Shown here in pieces: positions 47,547 to 57,296 of a stretch of 64,000 nucleotides of DNA (the stretch's first letter is position 1; the number at the start of each line of letters is the position of its first letter). This stretch comes from Methanothrix sp. (GTDB lineage: Archaea > Halobacteriota > Methanosarcinia > Methanotrichales > Methanotrichaceae). Under the pieces are notes generated by a model, which saw only the letters and a program-made list of their open reading frames with translations, searched no databases and was not told where the DNA came from. The stretch is taken from positions 1,536,001 through 1,600,000 of the forward strand of contig OY821645.1 in assembly GCA_963682135.1 (NCBI GenBank), read 5' to 3'. The translations under genes and the position numbers were made by a program.

Positions 47547-49337
47547 ATGCCTCTCATGCGTAAGGAGTTTCGTAGCCTCATCTCGCTGGAAGAAGCCCAA
47601 TCGATAGTTCTTAGCCGCCTTCCCCTGACTAGCGTGGAGACAGTCCCGCTGCCGCAGGCCCAGGGCCGCATCCTGGCCGAGAAGATCGTCTCCTCTTTGG
47701 ACGTGCCGGGATTCGCCCGCGCCTCCATGGACGGCTTTGCCGTGCAGTCTGATGACACTTTGGCAGCCAGGGAGGACCGGCCTGTCTGCCTGCGCCTGGC
47801 CGGCAGCGTGCCCATGGGCGTGCTCCCGCGCGTGCGCGTGGCCCAGGGCGAAGCGGCGGAGGTGTCCACCGGCTCCATGATGCCGCCGGGCGCGCAGGCA
47901 GTGGTCATGATTGAATACAGCCAGGCCGAAGGGGATCAGGTTCTGATCAGAAGGCCCGTCTACGGCGGCGAGAATGTGCAGGCGGCAGGAAGCGACATCT
48001 CTTTTGGCGAAGCTGTGCTCTTTCCCGGCACAAAGCTTGCAGCGCGCGAGATGGGGGTTTTGGCTGCCCTTGGCCGAACGAAAATGCCAGTGCGCTGCCT
48101 CAAGGTTGGCCTGGCCTCTACCGGCAATGAGCTGGTGGCGCCCGGCGGGACTCTGGCTGCGGGCCAAATATACGACATCAACACCTACACCATCGCTGCG
48201 GCTGTAACCGACTGCGGTGCGCAGGCCGTCCCCTACGGCATCCTGCCGGACGAAAAGAGATCAATGGCAGCATTGCTGCAAAAGATGGCCGAAGAGTGCA
48301 ACATGATTCTGGTGAGCGGCAGCACCTCAGCAGGCGTCGGAGACATGATCTTTCAGGTCTTAGAGGAAGTAGGCGAGCTGATATTTCACGGCGTGAACCT
48401 CAAGCCAGGCAAGCCCACCATCTTCGGCCAGATCAATGGCAAGCCCTGCCTGGGTCTGCCCGGCTATCCCACCAGTGCTCTGACCGTCTTCTCCTGCCTG
48501 GCAGCTCCTGCCATTCGTGCCGCTTTGGGCCAGAAGCATTCCCGAAAGAGAGTGACGGGACGGCTGGCCGGACCGCTGCGATTCGATGGTCGCCGCCAGG
48601 TGCTGGCCGTGGGCCTCTCGAACAGGTTGGTCTATCCCGTGGACAAGGGAAGCGGCTCTATCACCACTCTGGCCGGAGCGGATGGCATTATCGACATCCC
48701 TGTGGGAGTTGAGTATCTGGAGAAGGGTGAGAATGTAGAGGTGGAGCTATTTGGTGAGATGATGCCAGCCGACCTTGTGGTGGCGGGTGAAAACGCTCTC
48801 CTCCTGGAGCAGTTGGCAGAAAGGGCGTCCGGGCGTATCTTGCTATTGAATAGCGGCTCGGTGCGAGCCAGGCTCTACCTGGAGGACGGCGTGGCTGACC
48901 TGGCCTGCATCTCTGGTCCGCAAGCGATGCCGCCGGAAACGGTCGCGAAAGGCATGTCGTTGATCGGGAGTTTTAAAAGAGAGCTGGGCCTGGTCTTCCG
49001 GGATGCGAGCGCTTTGTCGAACCTTGCCGACCAACGCATCGTGGGCTGGCAGCGGGACTCTGCCATGCATGGCGCATTTGAGAGACATCTGTTGGCTTTA
49101 GGACTGACTCATCCCAGCTACGTGCGAGCGGCCAGGACCCATTCGGCTGTGGCTGCGGCGGTCGCCTCCGGACGGGCGGATGTGGGATTTGCGGAAAAGC
49201 GAGCTGCTGCGGATGCGTCTTTAGGTTTCCGGCTACTGGAACAAGACGAGATTAGGCTGCTGACCAGGCAGGAGAATGTCGATGACGACCGGCTCAAGTC
49301 CCTGGTTCTGGCGATTTCTCAGGCAGGAGGGGCTTGA
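47547..49337 (+). CDS. moeA: Molybdopterin molybdenumtransferase MoeA with C-terminal PBP-like domain
   Basis: ASMDGFAV, STGNEL, SGSTSAG, KPGKP, GLPGYPTS; C-terminal THSAVAAAVASGRADVG. Confidence 0.95.
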   Translation: MPLMRKEFRSLISLEEAQSIVLSRLPLTSVETVPLPQAQGRILAEKIVSSLDVPGFARASMDGFAVQSDDTLAAREDRPVCLRLAGSVPMGVLPRVRVAQGEAAEVSTGSMMPPGAQAVVMIEYSQAEGDQVLIRRPVYGGENVQAAGSDISFGEAVLFPGTKLAAREMGVLAALGRTKMPVRCLKVGLASTGNELVAPGGTLAAGQIYDINTYTIAAAVTDCGAQAVPYGILPDEKRSMAALLQKMAEECNMILVSGSTSAGVGDMIFQVLEEVGELIFHGVNLKPGKPTIFGQINGKPCLGLPGYPTSALTVFSCLAAPAIRAALGQKHSRKRVTGRLAGPLRFDGRRQVLAVGLSNRLVYPVDKGSGSITTLAGADGIIDIPVGVEYLEKGENVEVELFGEMMPADLVVAGENALLLEQLAERASGRILLLNSGSVRARLYLEDGVADLACISGPQAMPPETVAKGMSLIGSFKRELGLVFRDASALSNLADQRIVGWQRDSAMHGAFERHLLALGLTHPSYVRAARTHSAVAAAVASGRADVGFAEKRAAADASLGFRLLEQDEIRLLTRQENVDDDRLKSLVLAISQAGGA

Positions 49338-50316
49338 AGAGCCTCATCCTTCTCTCGTAGTAGCTGAGGGGGTGCCTTATCTTGCGACAGAGTTCGTCTT
49401 CGCCCGGACAGTTGCCGTAGGTGGCCATAGTGGCACAGGCGGGTGGCTTGTAGCTGGTGCCGGAGGCTCCTGCGATGTGCTCTACCTGGTAGCGTGTCCT
49501 CTCCTCGTCGAAGTCCGGACTGGTGTTGAAAAGAGATACAACCTCCTCCGGCTTCATATTGATCTGCAAGAGAAAGCTGACCAGAGCAAAACGCGCACTA
49601 TGGGCCAGGTTGGTGCCCTTGGCAACATCATTGAGCATCTTCTTGATGCAGGGCGGAAAGGCCCCTTCCTCCACATGCCCCAGGTCCACCCTATCTCGTG
49701 CTCTAATAACCGCGAGCTGCTCTTTGAGGGGCCCCAGGTATTCCTGGAGAGAGGCGCAGGTCTTCTCATCCACGGGCAAAGGCAGACCTTTCAGGATCTT
49801 CTCCCGGGCTGCCTCTTCCATGATTCGTTTCAGCTCTTCTCCGGTAATGGTGAGGTAGCCCTGCTGGAGATCACGGTTGGTCAGCTTCCATTTAGGGCTG
49901 TGCATGCGGTGCGCCGCTCGAATATATTCGGAAAAATGGATCTTGTAGGGCCCCTGTCCCTGGGGATGAAGCCCCAGGTCCTCCGCGATGGTCTCCAGCC
50001 CTTCCTTCTCTTCTTGCATCCTTTCATAGGCCAGCTTTGCCTCGGCCAGGGCATAGCGGCGCAGCAAAATGGAATCGTCAAGGCATGAGACCATGATTCT
50101 TGCCAGTGGATAAGAGAGAAGCTCAGTCAATTGCTCCGCCTCTGTATTGGCCGCGCTTTCCGAGATAGTGCCACTGATGGCCTCGGCTACCCTTTGCGCT
50201 GCCCGCCCCCGTACCGTCTTAAAAGAGGTCTTGCCGAGAAGGCTTTCTAAAGAATATCCTGCGTCTCTAACCTGGCTAGCTGCGGCTTCAGTAAAAGGGT
50301 AATCGGAGAATCTCAT
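49294..50316 (-). CDS. priL: DNA primase large subunit
   Basis: FPPCI...NLAHSARF...PDFDE..TRYQVEHI...Y.PPAC.TM.TYG.C...HPL.YY. Confidence 0.95.
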   Translation of the reverse strand: MRFSDYPFTEAAASQVRDAGYSLESLLGKTSFKTVRGRAAQRVAEAISGTISESAANTEAEQLTELLSYPLARIMVSCLDDSILLRRYALAEAKLAYERMQEEKEGLETIAEDLGLHPQGQGPYKIHFSEYIRAAHRMHSPKWKLTNRDLQQGYLTITGEELKRIMEEAAREKILKGLPLPVDEKTCASLQEYLGPLKEQLAVIRARDRVDLGHVEEGAFPPCIKKMLNDVAKGTNLAHSARFALVSFLLQINMKPEEVVSLFNTSPDFDEERTRYQVEHIAGASGTSYKPPACATMATYGNCPGEDELCRKIRHPLSYYERRMRLFKPLLPEKSPEPGT

Positions 50317-51047
50317 TCCTGTTCGATTCTGGGAGCCAGGAGGTAATTGATCTCCACATGCTGACCGAGCTTGAGGTGAATGCGCAGCGGGTAGTCTATG
50401 CCCATCTCCAATGTGACCTCGCCTGCTTTGCTTATGGATTTGGACATATCCTCCAAATAGTCCAGAGAGAAGAGGCTTCTGGCCTCGCCTGGCTTCATAC
50501 CCAGGAGTTCTGTGCTGGGAATCTTTAGCTTGAGCGAATCGATGTCTCCTTTGGCTTCCATGTAAAAGCCTTCATCTGAGACGCCCAGTATTACGTGATC
50601 GCTGACCTTTTCGGCAGCTTTTACCGCCCGGCGCAGCTCCACCCCGGGAAGTGTCACATGGGCCGGCAGATCCAGCTCGGGTATGCGCGGCTCTTTGCGG
50701 ATGGCGGTAGGATCGATCAGACTTAAGGTGTAAGAGAGAGAACCCACTCCAATCTTCAGCTTGTGGCTCTCTTCTTCCAGCTCCAGTTGAACATTCTCGC
50801 CCTTATCGGCCATGCTCAGAACATCACTGAGCCGAACCAAATCTATGCCGATTTCACATGCATCGGCTTTGAAGTATTCGAAGGCCTGATTGCCAATCTG
50901 AAGCGACACCATAGCCACGTTCGCAGGGTCCACAGCCTTCAGTTCCAGGCCATTTTCCGATATGGAGAACTTGACCTCATCCACCAGAGAAGAGACTGAA
51001 TCGATTGCATCTCGCAGAGCTTCTGCGTTGATTACTGCCTTGAACAT
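50313..51047 (-). CDS. pcn: DNA polymerase sliding clamp PCNA
   Basis: AVDPANVAMV, SLFSLDYL, YLLAPRIE. Confidence 0.97.
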   Translation of the reverse strand: MFKAVINAEALRDAIDSVSSLVDEVKFSISENGLELKAVDPANVAMVSLQIGNQAFEYFKADACEIGIDLVRLSDVLSMADKGENVQLELEEESHKLKIGVGSLSYTLSLIDPTAIRKEPRIPELDLPAHVTLPGVELRRAVKAAEKVSDHVILGVSDEGFYMEAKGDIDSLKLKIPSTELLGMKPGEARSLFSLDYLEDMSKSISKAGEVTLEMGIDYPLRIHLKLGQHVEINYLLAPRIEQE

Positions 51048-51097
51048 TCCTTGAGCCTCATCCACCAGAACCGTTTTATATTTAATATAGTTGATGC

Positions 51098-51412
51098 CTA
51101 GTCATACTCTCGCCAGGTTCTGCTGCATTTGGTGCAACGGAAGAACCGGACCTCGCTCTCATCAGCAGAACGAAGCTGGCGAAGCCACCAGTATGCGATA
51201 TTATTACCGCATTCCGGACATCTGCAATTGGTAGTAGGCAGGCCCGACGACTCCTGCTCTAAGACTGGAACGACGCGATCCAGCTGCTTGGTCTTGCTGA
51301 GCATGGATTCGCCGGTGGTTTTCGGCATCTTGTGGCCGCACTTTCTGCAGACCATCATGCCATCCTTGGGCATCATCATGCTCTTACATTGGGGACAAAA
51401 TTCCATCGGCAT
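51098..51412 (-). CDS. tfs: Transcription factor S
   Basis: FCPQC...CRKC; CPECG..AYWW.RQLRSADESEVRFFRC..C...WREY. Confidence 0.95.
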   Translation of the reverse strand: MPMEFCPQCKSMMMPKDGMMVCRKCGHKMPKTTGESMLSKTKQLDRVVPVLEQESSGLPTTNCRCPECGNNIAYWWLRQLRSADESEVRFFRCTKCSRTWREYD

Positions 51413-51460
51413 AAAGTAGACCACTCGTCATATTAAAGTTTCCCGACACCCTTGGGGAAA

Positions 51461-52138
51461 ATGAGGCATGAAATGAGCACAGCGTTTAATGTGATATGTT
51501 TGGATCGCCCGGGAATGCTGCGCGACATCGCGGGGGCGGTGGCCAAGAGGGGCGGCAACATAGTTTATACTCAACAGTTTGTTGTGGAAAGAGGCATGAA
51601 CCGGGGCAAGGCCTCGGTTTATATGGAGGTAGACTGCCCGGCAGAGGATGTCTTAGGGATAGTGGAGGAGTTGAAGGCTTTTGATTCCATCTCAGAGGTC
51701 TCCATTCACAAGCCTTTTGAGAAGATATACGGCTCCCGGGTGATCATCATAGGCGGAGGTGCTCAGGTAGCTCAGGTCGCAGTGGGAGCTGTGAGCGAGG
51801 CTGACCGGCATAATCTGCGAGGTGAGCGCATCAGCGTGGATACCATTCCCCTGGTGGGAGAGGATGCTATTGCCGATGCCGTGAGCGCTGTGCGCCGACT
51901 GCCGCGTGCTTCAATACTGGTATTGGCCGGGGCCCTTATGGGTGGACGTATTACCAAAGAGGTGAAAAGGCTACAGGAGGAAGGTATACCGGTTATCGCC
52001 CTGAAGATGGCCGGCTCGGTTCCCGATCAGGCGGATCTGGTAGTAACTGATCCCATTCAAGCCGGCACCTTCGCGGTAATGCACGTGGCCAGCACAGCTG
52101 TTTTCAATATAAGTCGAGTGCGAGGCAGGGAGTTTTAG
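51461..52138 (+). CDS. ACT-domain protein (methanogen DUF5612-like)
   Basis: DRPGMLRDIA ACT domain; GGGAQVAQVA.GAVSEADRHNLRGERISVDT. Confidence 0.85.
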   Translation: MRHEMSTAFNVICLDRPGMLRDIAGAVAKRGGNIVYTQQFVVERGMNRGKASVYMEVDCPAEDVLGIVEELKAFDSISEVSIHKPFEKIYGSRVIIIGGGAQVAQVAVGAVSEADRHNLRGERISVDTIPLVGEDAIADAVSAVRRLPRASILVLAGALMGGRITKEVKRLQEEGIPVIALKMAGSVPDQADLVVTDPIQAGTFAVMHVASTAVFNISRVRGREF

Positions 52139-52380
52139 CTTTTGAGTATCTCGGCCAGGTCAACAAGCTTCTCGCCGGAAAATAGCTCCTCTACGGTGTA
52201 GAACTTGTCATCTGCCTGAAACACGGGCGCGGAAAGTGTGAATACCCCGTTAATGCGCAGCTCCGTGAGGGCTTCGGGGGTGCTCATATTCAGGTTTTCA
52301 AAAGAGATGCCTGCCTTTCCCAGTGCCGCTTTGAGCTGTTCGCATTTGGGGCAGGACGGTGTGGAATATACTCTGTACAT
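52135..52380 (-). CDS. Glutaredoxin/NrdH-like protein
   Basis: VYSTPSCPKC...SAPV. Confidence 0.85.
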   Translation of the reverse strand: MYRVYSTPSCPKCEQLKAALGKAGISFENLNMSTPEALTELRINGVFTLSAPVFQADDKFYTVEELFSGEKLVDLAEILKS

Positions 52381-52402
52381 CAATCGCAATACCTCTTGAT
52401 CT

Positions 52403-52741
52403 TTAGCGCAGTGCTCGCGGATAAGATTTCCGGGCATAGGTCGCGTATCCTTCCGTTACTGCTTTATCAGCACACTCCGAGCAGCAGGAGAAGTTGGCCA
52501 TGTACTCAATGCCGTCCATCTCATGCTCAAAGACATTATTGCAGGAGAATCCAGAGGTTCTCCTGAAATCAAAGCCCTTGCAGAATTCGTCCTGCTCCGC
52601 CTGGGGGGGACGCTCCACCACGACCCAGTCTCGGGGAAGAAGTACGGGCAGCGTGGCCAGGTTCATACCGCATCCACAGGGACCATAGACATCTTCTATA
52701 TCTTTATATATAATCGCCTTACATACCTGCTCGCTCATCAT
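52403..52741 (-). CDS. Cys-rich hypothetical protein
   Basis: PCGC, CC..C motifs; co-oriented with the glutaredoxin gene. Confidence 0.6.
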   Translation of the reverse strand: MMSEQVCKAIIYKDIEDVYGPCGCGMNLATLPVLLPRDWVVVERPPQAEQDEFCKGFDFRRTSGFSCNNVFEHEMDGIEYMANFSCCSECADKAVTEGYATYARKSYPRALR

Positions 52742-53013
52742 CTGCTCCTCTCTTGCTAATGGTAATAATGGCCCATTAAATAACATTTTCCATCCGCTTT
52801 TTGGATTTTTCCAATCTTCTGGCTTTATTTTTTAAATAAACCCATAATGTTGGTGCGATTTTTTAATAGGTTCTAATAATGGATAACTTTGCCCAACAAA
52901 AATTATATATGGAATTGCAGGATGATAGGATGCTTATTCTGGCTTGTAGCACTCGAAGGAATAAGTTTTTCCTCTTCTGGCTGCAAAATCCGGATTTATG
53001 AGGTGTATGAAGA

Positions 53014-53244
53014 ATGCCGATACTTCCTGTTGCCCCGGTGAGCAGACTCATCCGCGAGGCGGGGGCCAATAGAGTGAGCGAAGGCGCGAGGGATGCGCTG
53101 GCAGAGGTTTTGGAGAGCTATGGCTTAGAGGTAGCCCGTGAGGCGGTCGGCTGGGCAAACCATGCCAAAAGAAAGACAGTCAAGTCCGAGGATATCAGAG
53201 AAGCAGTCAAAAGAGTTAAACCTCCCCTGGTCTCAGAAAGGTAG
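53014..53244 (+). CDS. Archaeal histone (HMf-like)
   Basis: LPVAPVSRLIREAGA.RVS...A.HAKRKTVK.EDI. Confidence 0.95.
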   Translation: MPILPVAPVSRLIREAGANRVSEGARDALAEVLESYGLEVAREAVGWANHAKRKTVKSEDIREAVKRVKPPLVSER

Positions 53245-53248
53245 ATCA

Positions 53249-55132
53249 ATGGCATTAGATTACCGTGCTTTAGGACTGATATGCGGCATTGAGATTCACC
53301 AGCAGCTTGACACCGCTTGTAAGCTCTTCTGCGGTTGCCCCACCAAACATCGGGAGGTGGAGGAGTCCAATTTCGAGTTCTTCCGGTATCTGCGACCTTC
53401 GCGAAGCGAGCTTGGCGAGATAGACCGGGCCGCTCTGGAAGAGGTCCTGGTTACGAGGAGGTTTCATTACAAGTCCTATGACAGCACCTGTCTGGTAGAG
53501 GCCGATGAGGAACCGCCTCGCGAGATAAATGCAGAGGCACTTGAGATATCTCTGATCATTGCTCGGCTACTCAATATGAAAATCGTGGATGAGCTGCAGA
53601 CCATGCGCAAGATGGTGATAGACGGCTCCAATACCTCGGGTTTTCAGCGCACCGGCTATATCGGCTCGGACGGCTACATCGAGACCGCAGAAGGTGCTGT
53701 GGGCATAGGCATCCTCAGCCTGGAGGAGGAAGCGGCGCGCATCATTGAGGATCGTGGGGACAGTGTGGTCTACTCTTTGGACCGGCTGGGAATACCTCTG
53801 GTGGAGATCGGAACGGCTCCGGATATAGTCTCTCCCTCACACGCCCGGGAGGTAGCATCCTATCTGGGAATGATCCTGCGTTCTACCGGTCGCGTAAAGA
53901 GGGGCCTTGGCACCATCCGCCAGGACGTAAATGTCTCCATCAAAGGCGGAGCGCGCGTGGAGATCAAGGGCGTGCAGGCCCTTAACCTGGTCGATAAGGT
54001 GGTGGAGTTTGAGGCTTTGCGCCAGGTGCGACTCTTGGAAATCAGAGATGAACTGGTCCGGCGCGGGGCATCGGTTGATGATGCAGTCTGGGAAGTATCT
54101 GACATATTTGCGGCTACCGGCTCCAAGGTGCTGGCTCGATCCCTCAAGAGCGGTGGCGTGGTCTTGGCTTGTCGGCTGGCGGGATTTGCCGGACTGGTGG
54201 GTCGGGAGATTCAGCCCGATCGCCGTTTGGGCTCCGAGATGTCGGACCGAGCCAAGAGAGCGGGCGTAGGCGGGATCTTCCATACTGATGAGCTTCCTGC
54301 TTATGGTGTGACTGCAGAGGAGGTCGAGGCTGTGCGCGCCCTGCTGGCAACAGCCGAGAGCGATGCAGTGATCATGGTCACCGGGCCGCGGGAAAGAGCC
54401 GAAAAAGCCCTGCAAGCCGTGCTGGTTCGAGCTCATGAAGCGCTGGCCTTCGTGCCCGAGGAGACGCGCCGGGCTCTGCCCAACGGCTGCTCGGAGTACA
54501 TGCGGCCACTGCCCGGCTCGGCCCGCATGTATCCGGAGACAGATGTGCCTGCGGTGGTGATCACGCCGGAGATGCTGGATAGTCTGCAGATGCCTGAGCT
54601 ATTCGCAGACAGATCGAAACGCTATCAAAAGGATTACCATCTGTCCGCAGAGCAGGCTTTTGTCATGGCCGCTTCTCCCAACTATCCGCTCTTTGAGGAG
54701 ATTATGAAGACGGATCTTTCCGCATCCATCGTCGTCAGGACTTTGGAGACCATTCCCATTGAGCTAGCCAGAGAGGGGGCACTCGTCTCCAATCTGACTG
54801 AGCAGCATTTCAAGGACTGCTTTGCTCTTGTGAGCCAAGGTCGCCTGGCCAAGGAGGGCCTGACGGATCTGCTGCGCGCTCTGGCCGCGCATCCGGAAAT
54901 GTCGGCTGATGAGGCAGCGGCGGCGGCGGGCCTGGCGGGGGTGGATGAGGCTGAAGTGGAGAAGGCCATACGGGCGATTGTGGCCAGCAAGGCGGATCTG
55001 GTGCGTTCCAAAGGCGAGAGGGCCGCAGCACCGCTGATGGGACTGGTTATGAAGGAATTGAGGGGCAAAGCCGATGGCAGCATTGTGAGCGCCATATTGA
55101 AGAAGGAAATACAAAATATACTCAGTCAGTGA
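53249..55132 (+). CDS. gatE: Glu-tRNA(Gln) amidotransferase subunit E
   Basis: GIEIHQQL, DEEPP, DGSNTSGFQRT, RGLGTIRQD, ARMYPETD. Confidence 0.97.
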   Translation: MALDYRALGLICGIEIHQQLDTACKLFCGCPTKHREVEESNFEFFRYLRPSRSELGEIDRAALEEVLVTRRFHYKSYDSTCLVEADEEPPREINAEALEISLIIARLLNMKIVDELQTMRKMVIDGSNTSGFQRTGYIGSDGYIETAEGAVGIGILSLEEEAARIIEDRGDSVVYSLDRLGIPLVEIGTAPDIVSPSHAREVASYLGMILRSTGRVKRGLGTIRQDVNVSIKGGARVEIKGVQALNLVDKVVEFEALRQVRLLEIRDELVRRGASVDDAVWEVSDIFAATGSKVLARSLKSGGVVLACRLAGFAGLVGREIQPDRRLGSEMSDRAKRAGVGGIFHTDELPAYGVTAEEVEAVRALLATAESDAVIMVTGPRERAEKALQAVLVRAHEALAFVPEETRRALPNGCSEYMRPLPGSARMYPETDVPAVVITPEMLDSLQMPELFADRSKRYQKDYHLSAEQAFVMAASPNYPLFEEIMKTDLSASIVVRTLETIPIELAREGALVSNLTEQHFKDCFALVSQGRLAKEGLTDLLRALAAHPEMSADEAAAAAGLAGVDEAEVEKAIRAIVASKADLVRSKGERAAAPLMGLVMKELRGKADGSIVSAILKKEIQNILSQ

Positions 55133-56250
55133 GCCCCGAAAAACCCGATATGCTCCTCTGGGAGGAGACACTCTTCAAAGACAGGGATCTGTTCGAGTTA
55201 GATCATCTGCCCGAGCACTTCTTGCACCGGGAAGATCAGATGAACAGCCTCAAATTCTGCATCCGCCCGGCTTTGCAGGGTGGCCGTCCCGTCAATGCCC
55301 TTTGCCTGGGTCCACCGGGCACGGGCAAGACAACGGCTCTTTTCAAGCTCTTTGAGGAGATCGAGGAGCATTCTACAAAGATCATTCCGGTTCATGTAAA
55401 CTGCCAGATGGACTCCACCCGGTATTCTGTATTCTATCAGATTTATAAAAAGGTCTTCGATCATGCTCCACCCTCCAGCGGCATATCCTTCAAACGCATC
55501 TTCGAGAAGGTAGCTATGGCCGCAGCTGACCAGGATAAGGTGCTGGTGGTGGCTTTAGACGACATAAATTATCTGTTTCACGAAAAAGAGGTGGATCACG
55601 TCTTATACTCCCTCTTACGGGCTCATGAAACCTGCCCCGGTGCCAGAATGGGTGTGATAGGCGTTATGAGCGAGCTTGCCTTGAACTATGTTCTCGACCC
55701 ACGCGTGGTCTCCGTCTTCCAGCCGGAAGAAATCATATTCCCTCTCTATACCCGATCAGAGACACGCGACATATTGGGCCGCCGGGCGCAGATGGGCTTT
55801 TATCCCGGAGTGATGGCTGATGATGTTCTGGAGGCGGTTGTGGATTGCACAGAGAGGTCGGGAGACTTGCGGGTGGGAATTGACCTTCTCAAGAGGTCCG
55901 GCCTGTCCGCGGAAAAGCGTGCCTCCAAAAGCGTCTCTCTGGTAGATGTGGCAGGCTCCTGCGATCGCTCCCGCCTGGTTCATCTCAGCTATGCCTTGAA
56001 AACCCTCAAAGACGATGAACTGGTTGTGCTGCGACTGGCAGCGGAGCAAAAAAGCTGGCGCGCAGGCGAACTGTTTGTTCGCTTTCATGAGCAGACTGAT
56101 GCGGGATACACTCGTTTTCATGAGATTCTCAATAAGCTTGATTCCATCCGACTGATAAACGCCGATTTTACCGGGACAGGGGAGCGGGGCCGAAGTCGCG
56201 TTATCAGCGTGCGCTATGATCCCGGAGAGATCTTAAGCCGGCTGAAATAG
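55129..56250 (+). CDS. cdc6: Orc1/Cdc6 replication initiator
   Basis: GPPGTGKT, VALDD, GDLRVGIDLL, C-terminal winged helix with GRSR. Confidence 0.95.
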   Translation: MSPEKPDMLLWEETLFKDRDLFELDHLPEHFLHREDQMNSLKFCIRPALQGGRPVNALCLGPPGTGKTTALFKLFEEIEEHSTKIIPVHVNCQMDSTRYSVFYQIYKKVFDHAPPSSGISFKRIFEKVAMAAADQDKVLVVALDDINYLFHEKEVDHVLYSLLRAHETCPGARMGVIGVMSELALNYVLDPRVVSVFQPEEIIFPLYTRSETRDILGRRAQMGFYPGVMADDVLEAVVDCTERSGDLRVGIDLLKRSGLSAEKRASKSVSLVDVAGSCDRSRLVHLSYALKTLKDDELVVLRLAAEQKSWRAGELFVRFHEQTDAGYTRFHEILNKLDSIRLINADFTGTGERGRSRVISVRYDPGEILSRLK

Positions 56251-56387
56251 TGATGTTTTTCCCCCTTATCATTTTCCTCTTATCATTATTGCAAAAGCTA
56301 TCTATATTTATCACAACAATTAATAGGTGCTCTATATAGATCCTATACGCAAGGGCTTTAACCCGTTAATGTGTCTTACCAAAGCGT

Positions 56388-57296
56388 ATGGATCGGCCGA
56401 GAATAAAGATGCCTCGCAAATATGGAGAGTTGTTCGTAGAGGCTCTGCTATTCGTGTCCGCCATTGCCTCTATCCTCATTATGCTTCTTATCTTCTATTT
56501 CCTCATCCATGAAAGCCTCCCTGCTTTTTTAAGTCTTGGCATATTCTCCCTGCTATCCGGCTCAAAATGGCATCCATCAGGCGATATTTATGGATTACTG
56601 CCCATTATCGCCGCCTCAATGATTATTACTCTTCTGGCCCTCTTTATAAATATCCTGATCGGTTTTCCTCTGGCCATTTACCTGGCAGAGCTGGCCGGGC
56701 CCAGGAGCAAGGCTGTGTTGAAACCATCCATTGAACTCCTGGCAGGCGTCCCATCCATAGTCTATGGTTTCTTAGGGGTGATAATTCTCGTAACCTACTT
56801 GCAGGACAGCTTTGATATGCTCACCGGCCGGTCGATCCTTGCCGGATCGATGCTTCTTGGGGTCATGTTCATTCCCCGCCTTACTACCATCTGCGAGGAT
56901 TCTCTGCGGGCTGTGCCCTCAGAATTCAAGGAGGGCTCACTTGCGCTTGGGGCTAATCGTTGGCAGACTCTGAGAAATGTAACTATACCGGCTGCGTCAT
57001 CAGGAATTACTGCGGCCATTCTCCTCAATATAGGAAGCATAATCGGTGAGACTATGGCTGTGCTCTTGGTGGTGGGAAACGTTGCCAGACTGGCCTCTCC
57101 TCCCTACGATATATTTGATCAGGGTGCATCCTTCACCTCGATCATAGCTGGTGAGATGGGAGAGGTGGCCAGAGGTTCAATGCATTACCATGTCCTTTTT
57201 GCAGTTGGATTCGTTCTTCTCATAGTAGTTACCCTTTTCAGTCTGGTGGCAGATTATGCCCGGATTCGTATCAGACGAAAATTCGGGGGATACTAA
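56388..57296 (+). CDS. pstC: Phosphate ABC transporter permease PstC
   Basis: ELLAGVPSIVYG, EGSLALGANRWQT, GETMAV. Confidence 0.93.
   Translation: MDRPRIKMPRKYGELFVEALLFVSAIASILIMLLIFYFLIHESLPAFLSLGIFSLLSGSKWHPSGDIYGLLPIIAASMIITLLALFINILIGFPLAIYLAELAGPRSKAVLKPSIELLAGVPSIVYGFLGVIILVTYLQDSFDMLTGRSILAGSMLLGVMFIPRLTTICEDSLRAVPSEFKEGSLALGANRWQTLRNVTIPAASSGITAAILLNIGSIIGETMAVLLVVGNVARLASPPYDIFDQGASFTSIIAGEMGEVARGSMHYHVLFAVGFVLLIVVTLFSLVADYARIRIRRKFGGY

Noticed and set aside
52790-53010. AT-rich intergenic region upstream of histone-gatE-cdc6 as a replication origin
   Set aside because: No convincing ORB repeats were seen here or at 56251-56387; it is explained by divergent promoters.
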